Origin: a virus
Strand: one strand, 5' to 3'
Virus record (IMG/VR): IMGVR_UViG_3300017742_000046
Location: 1-34,902 of that record
Length of the DNA: 34,902 bases
The notes below the pieces were generated by a model, which worked only from the letters and a program-made list of their open reading frames with translations, searched no databases and was not told the DNA's origin. Position numbers and translations under genes: made by a program. This document shows, piece by piece, positions 6,683-12,760 of the stretch; position 1 is the first letter of the stretch, and each line of letters starts with the position of its first letter.

Positions 6683-6895
6683 TCAGATCGCCCCATCTTC
6701 CAAGCGTTTTAGCGCGCGCAAACGTGACACCTCACTGAGACGATAAATGCCACCTTTCATAATAACCTCTCCAGCATCGTGCATCTGGATCAGCAGATCT
6801 TGAACCTCGCGCGGGTGATGACCTGTCATCTGTGACACCTCGCCAGCAGATGCCGCCTCAATTCCAAACAAATAAATCAAAATGTCCTGCTTCAT
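6683..6895 (-). CDS. Small winged-helix DNA-binding protein (putative)
   Basis: 70 aa. ASAGEVSQMTGHHPREVQDLLIQMHDAGEVIMKGGIYRL looks like a MarR/FaeA-type wHTH. ATGA overlap with the upstream gene. Confidence 0.5.
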   Translation of the reverse strand: MKQDILIYLFGIEAASAGEVSQMTGHHPREVQDLLIQMHDAGEVIMKGGIYRLSEVSRLRALKRLEDGAI

Positions 6896-7251
6896 GTTTC
6901 CCTGACCTCAAGTCCCATTGCACGGGCTACTGCAACCCGCACCTCATAATCGCGTGTTGGCATGCCCTTCACATCTTCATAGATTAAAACGTCATCTTCG
7001 ATGTAGGTGAAGTCAAACGTCAGCTTCATCTTTCGCCCTGTGCGCGTGTAAAGCGGACGGTGCTGGCCCATCAGTTCAACCTTCACCTGGCGCTTTAGAT
7101 CGCTGATCTCGCCTGCACGCTCCAGAAGCTGTAAGTCCATCCAGCGCGCCGCCTCTTTCTTGCTGTCAAACTTGATGTCTCCCACAACAGTTTTCTTCGC
7201 GTTATACTTGTTGCGCGAAGGCTTGCGAAAGAACTTGGGCTGCATCTTCAT
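6892..7251 (-). CDS. DUF1064 family protein (PD-(D/E)xK-like nuclease fold)
   Basis: NKYNAKKTVVGDIKFDSKKEAARWMDLQLLERAGEISDLKRQVKVEL...FDFTYIEDDVLIYEDVKG matches the DUF1064 pattern. ATG 7251 overlaps the upstream stop (ATGA). Confidence 0.75.
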   Translation of the reverse strand: MKMQPKFFRKPSRNKYNAKKTVVGDIKFDSKKEAARWMDLQLLERAGEISDLKRQVKVELMGQHRPLYTRTGRKMKLTFDFTYIEDDVLIYEDVKGMPTRDYEVRVAVARAMGLEVRET

Positions 7252-7451
7252 TTCCAAGCATCCATTGGCACGGCACAATCTGTCAGTTCTTCGATGCGCT
7301 TGCGAACTGAGCGATGCGGCTTAACCTTGCCAGACAGCCAGCGCGAGATCGACGCGCTATCAACGCCAATCTGTTCCGCAAACCAGTTTTTCCGAATGCC
7401 CTGATCCTTGAACCAAGCATCAAACAGCAACACTGCTTTTGTCTTTTCCAT
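7248..7451 (-). CDS. Cro/XRE-type HTH regulator, first gene of the leftward operon
   Basis: 67 aa from ATG 7451, with a GGAGGA RBS. IRKNWFAEQIGVDSASISRWLSGKVKP is a classic HTH. Confidence 0.75.
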   Translation of the reverse strand: MEKTKAVLLFDAWFKDQGIRKNWFAEQIGVDSASISRWLSGKVKPHRSVRKRIEELTDCAVPMDAWK

Positions 7452-7480
7452 TGCACTTCCTCCAATATGTGATGACAGCA

Positions 7481-7509
7481 TATCTAAAAAAAATATCAAC
7501 ACAATGCAA
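7481..7509 (-). promoter_or_regulatory. Candidate leftward early promoter
   Basis: On the minus strand: TTGCAT (7509-7504), 17-nt spacer, TAGATA(T) (7486-7481). It lies about 30 nt upstream of the Cro-like gene. Confidence 0.35.
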
Positions 7510-7546
7510 ATTATTTCTTGCACCTACCAATCGGCGCGTTTAGAAG
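7504..7546 (+). promoter_or_regulatory. Operator-like inverted repeat ATGCAA-N8-TTGCAC plus candidate rightward early promoter
   Basis: The inverted repeat spans 7504-7523. TTGCAC (7518-7523), 17-nt spacer, TAGAAG (7541-7546). A GGAGGA RBS precedes ATG 7571. Confidence 0.35.
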
Positions 7547-7570
7547 TTAATTACTAACGGAGGAAAACAA

Positions 7571-7897
7571 ATGTTTAAATGGAAAGAACAGAACGGCAAG
7601 ATCGTCGCCAACCGCGCATGGATCATGACCGAAGCCTGGGCGATCGTAAATCGCTTCAAGAAGTCTGGCGTCAAAAAGCCAATTAGTGAAGCCATGAAGC
7701 TGGCTTGGTGGACAGCCAAAATGGAAGTCAGCGTGCAAATCAGCGTTCGCGGCCAGATGGCGAACATCAAGGAACTTGCAAAGCTGGGCGCAGATCGTCT
7801 GCGCTCAATGGCAAACGACATTGAGAACATCGATCGTCACAGCACAGCAGACACCAAACGCCTGGCCGACATTCGCCAAGCAATTCACTACGCGTAA
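7571..7897 (+). CDS. Hypothetical protein, first gene of the rightward operon
   Basis: 108 aa with a strong RBS (acGGAGGAaaacaaATG). No motif recognised. Confidence 0.65.
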   Translation: MFKWKEQNGKIVANRAWIMTEAWAIVNRFKKSGVKKPISEAMKLAWWTAKMEVSVQISVRGQMANIKELAKLGADRLRSMANDIENIDRHSTADTKRLADIRQAIHYA

Positions 7898-7907
7898 GGA
7901 GGAAAAT

Positions 7908-8006
7908 ATGCGTATCAGAGACATAATCACAGACCTGATCGGGGTCATCGCAATCTTCGGGGGAGCATATGCCTTCCTCATTATCGGACACGGGTTAGGA
8001 TACTAA
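7908..8006 (+). CDS. 32-aa hydrophobic peptide with a single predicted TM helix
   Basis: MRIRDIITDLIGVIAIFGGAYAFLIIGHGLGY. An AAGGAGGA RBS lies 6 nt upstream of ATG 7908. It fills the gap between flanking genes exactly. Confidence 0.55.
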   Translation: MRIRDIITDLIGVIAIFGGAYAFLIIGHGLGY

Positions 8007-8007
8007 A

Positions 8008-8598
8008 ATGAAAAGCATCGCAACAGCACTCGCATCAGCGCAGATCAACATGGGCAAGGCGCTCAAGCAAGCCAACAACCCGCATTTCCGCAGCAAGTAT
8101 GCAGACCTTGGCAGCGTCATGGATGCCTGTTTGCCAGCGCTTAACGAACACGGCATTGCTGTGATCCAGCCAACAGGCGAAGATGACACTGGCCGCTTTG
8201 TAGAAACCATTATGATCCACGGTGAAAGCGGCGAACAGCTTTCGTGCCGCGTGCCACTGATCGTCAGCAAGAACGACATGCAGGGATATGGCTCTGCGGT
8301 CACATACGCTCGACGCTACGGCCTCATGGCAATGGCTGGCATTGCGCCAGAGGACGACGACGGAAACGCTGCTGCAAAGGCTGCGCCAAAGCAAGAGCCG
8401 CCAAAGCCAATCAGCGCCGATCAGTTCCAAGAGATGAACGGCCTGATCTTTGAAACCGAAACTGACGAAGTGAAGTTCTGCGCATATTGGAAGGTTAATG
8501 AACTCAACCAGATGAACGCCAAGCAAGCAGCAGATGCAATCGCCATGCTCAAGAAGAAAAAAGCATCGCAGGAGGAAAACAATGGAACAGCGGACTGA
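8008..8598 (+). CDS. erf: Erf-family single-strand annealing protein
   Basis: 196 aa. NNPHFRSKYADLGSVMDACLPALNEHGIAVIQ...YGSAVTYARRYGLMAMAGI is the ERF family signature (from memory). Confidence 0.8.
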   Translation: MKSIATALASAQINMGKALKQANNPHFRSKYADLGSVMDACLPALNEHGIAVIQPTGEDDTGRFVETIMIHGESGEQLSCRVPLIVSKNDMQGYGSAVTYARRYGLMAMAGIAPEDDDGNAAAKAAPKQEPPKPISADQFQEMNGLIFETETDEVKFCAYWKVNELNQMNAKQAADAIAMLKKKKASQEENNGTAD

Positions 8599-9196
8599 TG
8601 AATGGTTCGCAGCGCGTCTGGGGTGTGTAACAGCATCCCGCACCGCTGACGTAATGGCCAAGACCAAGAGCGGATACAGCGCCAGCCGTGCAAACTACAT
8701 GGCCCAGCTTATCACAGAACACCTGACCAACGAAAAGGCTGATGGGTTCTCATCCGCTGCAATGCAGTGGGGGACTGAGACAGAGCCACAGGCACGGGCC
8801 GCATACGAACTCATGACCGGCGAAGACGTGCTTGAGGATGGTTTTGTGGCCCACCCTACCATAAAAGGCTTCGGTGCCTCTCCTGACGGGCTTGTGGGCG
8901 CTGACGGGCTGGTTGAGATCAAGTGTCCCAACAGTGCCACGCACATCGACACGCTGCTGTCAGAAAAGGTGCCTGCGAAGTATGTCACGCAGATGCAGGT
9001 GCAGATGATGTGCTGTCAGCGCGAATGGTGCGATTTTGTCAGCTTTGACCCGCGCCTGCCTGGTGACATGAACTTTTGGATGCAACGCGTCTGGGCAGAC
9101 GAAGAGCGCCAGAAAGAAATCGAAACAGAGGTGCGCCTGTTTATCCTTGAGATGGAAGACAAGCTGCAAAATCTGCGCGACAAGTTTGGAGGATAA
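8582..9196 (+). CDS. YqaJ / lambda-exonuclease-like recombination exonuclease
   Basis: Starts at ATG 8582 after GGAGGA. RTDEWFAARLGCVTASRTADVM...WGTETEPQARAAYE...ASPDGLVGADGLVEIKCP matches the YqaJ PD-(D/E)xK pattern. Confidence 0.85.
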   Translation: MEQRTDEWFAARLGCVTASRTADVMAKTKSGYSASRANYMAQLITEHLTNEKADGFSSAAMQWGTETEPQARAAYELMTGEDVLEDGFVAHPTIKGFGASPDGLVGADGLVEIKCPNSATHIDTLLSEKVPAKYVTQMQVQMMCCQREWCDFVSFDPRLPGDMNFWMQRVWADEERQKEIETEVRLFILEMEDKLQNLRDKFGG

Positions 9197-9197
9197 G

Positions 9198-9377
9198 ATG
9201 CAAGTCGATCAAAACAAAATCATTGAAACCTTTGAGCGCGTCGAAGAAGAAGCTGGTGGCCTATGGAACGCCATGCCTTCGATGACACTGGACAAGACTG
9301 CGATCGAACTGGATCTGCCGCGAGAAAAGGTGCGCAGCGTTATGATTGACCACTGGACGCAGGCTGGTGCGGGCTGA
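9198..9377 (+). CDS. Hypothetical protein
   Basis: 59 aa from ATG 9198 with a GGAGGA RBS. The stop overlaps the next ATG. Confidence 0.5.
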   Translation: MQVDQNKIIETFERVEEEAGGLWNAMPSMTLDKTAIELDLPREKVRSVMIDHWTQAGAG

Positions 9378-9835
9378 TGCCCACAAAGATCATCAGAGAA
9401 TTGCAGCATGTTGATGCGCTTGCCAATATGCTGCGTGATCGAAAGTTGCCAATTACTGTAACATGGACGCAAGGCGCTCCGAGATCTACCGCGCAAAACA
9501 GGCTGGCACAAAGATGGTTCACAGACATTGCAGTTCAGCTTGGAGATCAAACGCATGAAGATGTGCGTGCAGAATGTAAGTTGCGCTTCGGCGTTCCAAT
9601 TTTGCGCGCACAGAATGAAGCTTTTAAGCTGTCCTATGATCGAGTTCTGAAGCACTTGCCTTATGAACCAAAACTTGAAGCGATAAAAGCATTTGATCTT
9701 CCAGTAACTCGACTAATGACCGTCAAACAAATGACGGAATTTATGGAACAGATGCAGCTTCATTGGTCAGTGCAAGGCGTTAGACTGACTGACCCAGAGG
9801 CTCTTAAATATGAACAGGAGTTTTGCGATGGGTAA
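9377..9835 (+). CDS. ninB: NinB/Orf-like recombination mediator
   Basis: 152 aa. PRSTAQNRLAQRWFTDIA and MTVKQMTEFMEQMQLHWSVQGVRLTDPE align with lambda NinB (RSLDQNRKLWACLGDVS and MRVGEFAELLELIQAFGTERGVKWSDE), recalled from memory. Confidence 0.65.
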   Translation: MPTKIIRELQHVDALANMLRDRKLPITVTWTQGAPRSTAQNRLAQRWFTDIAVQLGDQTHEDVRAECKLRFGVPILRAQNEAFKLSYDRVLKHLPYEPKLEAIKAFDLPVTRLMTVKQMTEFMEQMQLHWSVQGVRLTDPEALKYEQEFCDG

Positions 9836-10292
9836 AAAAATAGCACCAAAAGGTTCAAGTGAAGAGTTCCTTAGACGCAATGTTGGCCTTCAATCTGATG
9901 ACTGTTTGATTTGGCCATATAGAACAAACAAAGGTTATGGATTAGCCGTAATCAATGGGAAACAAAAAACAGCATCTAGATGGATGTGCATATTGGCTCA
10001 TGGTGAACCAGTAGGTCAGAAAAAACATGCTGCACACCAATGCGGAAACCCAGCTTGCGTAAATCCAAATCATCTAGAATGGAAAACTCACAAACAAAAC
10101 ATGCACGACAAAAAACGTCATGGAACAGACAACATCGGAGAACGAAATGGCAAAACGAACCTAACAGAAGATGACGTTAGATATATCAGATCAGCGCCGC
10201 CAAACTTAGCGCCGCTCATGCAAAAGTATAATATGTCAAAAAACGGAATATCGAAAATTAGAAGTCGCCTAAGATGGGCGCATGTGGAGTAA
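9828..10292 (+). CDS. HNH homing-type endonuclease (HNH_3-like)
   Basis: CLIWPYRTNKGYGLAVINGKQKTASRWMCILAHGEP...AAHQCGNPACVNPNHLEWKTHKQNMHD. ATG 9828 follows AGGAG. Local GC is about 40% against about 52% in the flanks. Confidence 0.85.
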   Translation: MGKKIAPKGSSEEFLRRNVGLQSDDCLIWPYRTNKGYGLAVINGKQKTASRWMCILAHGEPVGQKKHAAHQCGNPACVNPNHLEWKTHKQNMHDKKRHGTDNIGERNGKTNLTEDDVRYIRSAPPNLAPLMQKYNMSKNGISKIRSRLRWAHVE

Positions 10293-10296
10293 AACC

Positions 10297-10575
10297 ATGT
10301 TCAAACACGACGAAGAATTTAAGGAGATGGGTGACAATGCCCACAAAGCAACAGCGGAACAGATCCGCGCATACATCGAACGATTTGAGCGCCTTGAGGC
10401 TGAAAAGCAGGATGTGATGCAGGGACAGAAAGAAATCATGTCTGAGGCCAAAGGCAACGGCTTTAACGTCAAAGCGCTGCGCAAGATTATTGCGGACAGA
10501 AAGCGCGATGCGGATGATCTGGCTGAAGAACAGGAGATTGTAGAACTGTATAAATCAGCGCTGGGGATAGGATAA
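10297..10575 (+). CDS. gapR: GapR-like (DUF2312) DNA-binding protein
   Basis: QIRAYIERFERLEAEKQDVMQGQKEIMSEAKGNGFNVKALRKIIADRKRDADDLAEEQEIVELYKSALG matches the alphaproteobacterial GapR/DUF2312 pattern (AKGNGFDVK..LRK...R). Confidence 0.8.
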   Translation: MFKHDEEFKEMGDNAHKATAEQIRAYIERFERLEAEKQDVMQGQKEIMSEAKGNGFNVKALRKIIADRKRDADDLAEEQEIVELYKSALGIG

Positions 10576-10757
10576 TGAAAGTATCGGTGAAAGAAAAAAA
10601 TGGAAGTTACATGGTAATAAATAATGGTGAGATAGTCGCAGAAAAATTGAGTAATTCTCAGGCATGGAAAATGGCGGACAAGATAACGAACGAGCCAACA
10701 TCACGCCAAGAAGATGTTTATGCTTGGAAAGCAAAAAAGGATGCAAGCAATGAGTAA
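10575..10757 (+). CDS. Hypothetical protein (AT-rich ORFan)
   Basis: 60-aa ORF. Its start overlaps the gapR-like stop. Local GC is about 35-40%. Confidence 0.45.
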   Translation: MKVSVKEKNGSYMVINNGEIVAEKLSNSQAWKMADKITNEPTSRQEDVYAWKAKKDASNE

Positions 10758-10986
10758 TGTCGTTAATCCAGAGCAATTTCAGGAATTTAGGCACAAAAAA
10801 CTTCAAAAGTTAATGGCAGAAGAAAACATGTCGGAATATGTTCTTACTGGCGGCGCTTTTTTGGACGGATTGAACTCAGGTGTTTCTATTGCAGACATGG
10901 AAAATTGCTACATGCAAAGCCAAGATTTCCTTGAATTTGAAAGAAAAGTTTGGGCTGAAATTTATAAAATAGGAAAATACAAATGA
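10750..10986 (+). CDS. Hypothetical protein (AT-rich ORFan)
   Basis: 78 aa from ATG 10750, with AAGGA 8 nt upstream. The ORF is open from 10714. Confidence 0.45.
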   Translation: MSNVVNPEQFQEFRHKKLQKLMAEENMSEYVLTGGAFLDGLNSGVSIADMENCYMQSQDFLEFERKVWAEIYKIGKYK

Positions 10987-11174
10987 TGTGGCTGAGAAAA
11001 ATCGTGATGCGCCCCACGGCCAAAAAGGAACTGGCAAGGATCAAAGAAGAGCGCGACAGGACGGAGGAAGCCATCAAACGCGCGCGACGTAACAAGCAGC
11101 GGGTGACTGACTTGTATGACCATGCTCAGAAACTGACCAAGGAAGCGCATCGTTGGGAGAAATACCTGCGATGA
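10983..11174 (+). CDS. Hypothetical basic coiled-coil protein
   Basis: 63 aa (KKELARIKEERDRTEEAIKRARRNKQR). ATGA overlaps at both ends. Confidence 0.5.
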   Translation: MMWLRKIVMRPTAKKELARIKEERDRTEEAIKRARRNKQRVTDLYDHAQKLTKEAHRWEKYLR

Positions 11175-11494
11175 GCCTCACTGGCAAGGGTCCAATAGGC
11201 CTCAAAAAGCCAAAACCAGAACGCGGCACGAAGGCTGCAAAGGAACATTTGCAACGTGTAAAAATGCTTCCTTGCGTCATCTGCCGCAAACCTGGCCCAT
11301 CAGATGCACACCACGTCATCTGCAATAGATACGGAACAAACAAAGCGAGCGATTTCGATGTCATCCCCCTCTGCAAAGCCCACCACCAAGATGGGCCAGA
11401 AGCCATCCACAACGGAAAACGATCATGGGTCGAAAAGCATGGACCAGATCACGGATATCTCGACACCGTGCGAAGGTGGCTCGACGCACTTTAA
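11171..11494 (+). CDS. DUF968-like HNH/Zn-finger nuclease-fold protein
   Basis: 107 aa from ATG 11171. LPCVICRKPGPSDAHHVICNRYGTNKASDFDVIPLCKAHHQDGPEAIHNG has the C-x2-C...HH...C-x2-HH...H arrangement. Confidence 0.6.
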   Translation: MSLTGKGPIGLKKPKPERGTKAAKEHLQRVKMLPCVICRKPGPSDAHHVICNRYGTNKASDFDVIPLCKAHHQDGPEAIHNGKRSWVEKHGPDHGYLDTVRRWLDAL

Positions 11495-11498
11495 CGCC

Positions 11499-11846
11499 AT
11501 GCCTGTGATGATACGTGGCGTAATGTATCAGTCACAAAAAAAAGCAGCAAAGGCGCTGGGCGTATCAAACAGTGCCATCAGCCAACGCCTGCGCGTGAAT
11601 GGCAACGCGGAGACAGTAGGGCTGGGGTTGAAAGGCGCTTCGATCGGCAACACAAACCGCGCCAGAAAGATTACCATTTGGGACATGACGTTTCCGTCAA
11701 GAACAAAGGCTGCGGAATTGATCGGGATAACGCGAAGCCAGCTTAATAAATGGACCTCACCCAAAGCGTCCAAATGGCAACAGAACCAGCTGCTGATCCA
11801 CGCGCTGAGATACAAGCGTGAACGTAACAAAAAAAATGGCCGCTAG
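11499..11846 (+). CDS. Protein with two NUMOD1-like HTH DNA-binding repeats
   Basis: 115 aa from ATG 11499. The repeats are VMYQSQKKAAKALGVSNSAISQRL and MTFPSRTKAAELIGITRSQLNKW. This pattern is typical of the DNA-binding modules of homing endonucleases. Confidence 0.5.
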   Translation: MPVMIRGVMYQSQKKAAKALGVSNSAISQRLRVNGNAETVGLGLKGASIGNTNRARKITIWDMTFPSRTKAAELIGITRSQLNKWTSPKASKWQQNQLLIHALRYKRERNKKNGR

Positions 11847-11873
11847 AGCGACCGAGTTGGGGAGGTAACTTCT

Positions 11874-12098
11874 TTAGAGATCTGCGCAGGCGGCGTCCAG
11901 CTTGCGTATGAGCGCCGCGCCAGTCGTTATGGACTGATCCCCGCCATCTTCCGCTAAAGCAGCTGCATGGGCCGATCTGTCGCGCAGAGTGCCATCGCAG
12001 ATCGCGCTATTGCTTGCCACGGTCGCGCAGCCAGTCACGAAGAACATCAGGATCATCGTCAGTGTCAACTTCATCCATGCGTTTGCGTGTTTCAACAT
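11874..12098 (-). CDS. Lipoprotein, candidate o-spanin (Rz1-like)
   Basis: Signal peptide MKLTLTMILMFFVTGC with a VTGC lipobox. The mature part is about 50 aa with 2 further Cys. The 5' end is embedded, out of frame, in the preceding TM-protein gene. Confidence 0.55.
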   Translation of the reverse strand: MLKHANAWMKLTLTMILMFFVTGCATVASNSAICDGTLRDRSAHAAALAEDGGDQSITTGAALIRKLDAACADL

Positions 12099-12225
12099 AG
12101 TCTTCTAGCCTTTCACGTTCTACGGCTTCGCCCTTGTCTGACCTTCCGCGCAAGTAAGCCGATAAGAGCGCGACAACGAAAGCGCCAGCAGCTGCCAAGT
12201 AAAGTTTTATGCGTCCGAAGATCAT
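12007..12225 (-). CDS. N-terminally anchored charged helical protein, candidate i-spanin (Rz-like)
   Basis: 72 aa. TM segment IKLYLAAAGAFVVALLSAYL is followed by a charged helix. It overlaps the lipoprotein gene by 92 nt. Confidence 0.5.
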   Translation of the reverse strand: MIFGRIKLYLAAAGAFVVALLSAYLRGRSDKGEAVERERLEDYVETRKRMDEVDTDDDPDVLRDWLRDRGKQ

Positions 12226-12228
12226 GCT

Positions 12229-12528
12229 TCACCACTTCACTTTGTCTGCCCAGTAAGCAGCTGACATTTTGCCCTTAGAGATATTCTTTGCGTGACGGGC
12301 TTTGAAAGATGCACGGCGCTTTTTAGCCGCTTCGCTTTCACCCTTCTTGGGCGGCGATCCAGATACACCTTTTTGACCAAAGCGGATCGTCTTCACCTTG
12401 TCGCCCTCTTTGGCAACAACAACGTGCGATTTGGTCGGGTGGCTGGGCGTGCGCTTGGGTTTGTTCACGCCCTTGACGCCAGCGCGTTTAACCGCTGACG
12501 CCGCTTTATCTGAGGCAGAGCGTGCCAT
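12229..12528 (-). CDS. Highly basic conserved hypothetical protein
   Basis: 99 aa, Lys/Arg-rich, ending in KGKMSAAYWADKVKW. Its ATG overlaps the stop of the 20-aa ORF (TAATG). Confidence 0.6.
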   Translation of the reverse strand: MARSASDKAASAVKRAGVKGVNKPKRTPSHPTKSHVVVAKEGDKVKTIRFGQKGVSGSPPKKGESEAAKKRRASFKARHAKNISKGKMSAAYWADKVKW

Positions 12529-12590
12529 TACTTTTTCTTGCCACCTTTTTTGGTGGTTTTCTTAGTTCCCATTTTCTTACCATATGGCAT
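12528..12590 (-). CDS. 20-aa lysine-rich micro-ORF (MPYGKKMGTKKTTKKGGKKK)
   Basis: Hand translation. TAATG overlaps at both ends link it to the flanking basic ORFs. Not in the ORF track because it is below the length cutoff. Confidence 0.35.
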   Translation of the reverse strand: MPYGKKMGTKKTTKKGGKKK

Positions 12591-12760
12591 TACTTCTTTC
12601 CCTTCCTTGCTGGTTTCTTCGCGGTCTTTGCAGCGGCTTTGAAAGCCTTTGCGGTGGGCGCGCCCTTTGCTCCAGGCTTGCGCTTCTTTTCGCCAGATCC
12701 AGCCGCAATGCGTTCCCGCTTGGATTGGATGTTAGCATATAATCCAGGTTTCCTCGCCAT
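12590..12760 (-). CDS. 56-aa lysine-rich protein
   Basis: Hand translation: MARKPGLYANIQSKRERIAAGSGEKKRKPGAKGAPTAKAFKAAAKTAKKPARKGKK. Its ATG overlaps the endolysin stop (TAATG). The hydrophobic + ORF 12522..12803 is its antisense shadow. Confidence 0.5.
   Translation of the reverse strand: MARKPGLYANIQSKRERIAAGSGEKKRKPGAKGAPTAKAFKAAAKTAKKPARKGKK

Noticed and set aside
8035-8667. Long antisense ORFs across well-supported genes: 8035..8667 (-), 9209..9655 (-), 18572..19300 (+), 31666..32208 (+), 32354..33082 (+), 32425..32952 (-), 20595..21047 (+)
   Set aside because: Each lies opposite, or out of frame to, a gene with clear family motifs (erf/exonuclease, ninB, ejection protein, portal, terL). 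They lack RBS and operon context and have odd composition, so they are shadow ORFs.
11847-11873. Expected bidirectional terminator where the + and - operons converge
   Set aside because: The 27-bp gap (agcgaccgagttggggaggtaacttct) contains no stem-loop that I could find. Termination signals, if any, must lie inside the converging genes.
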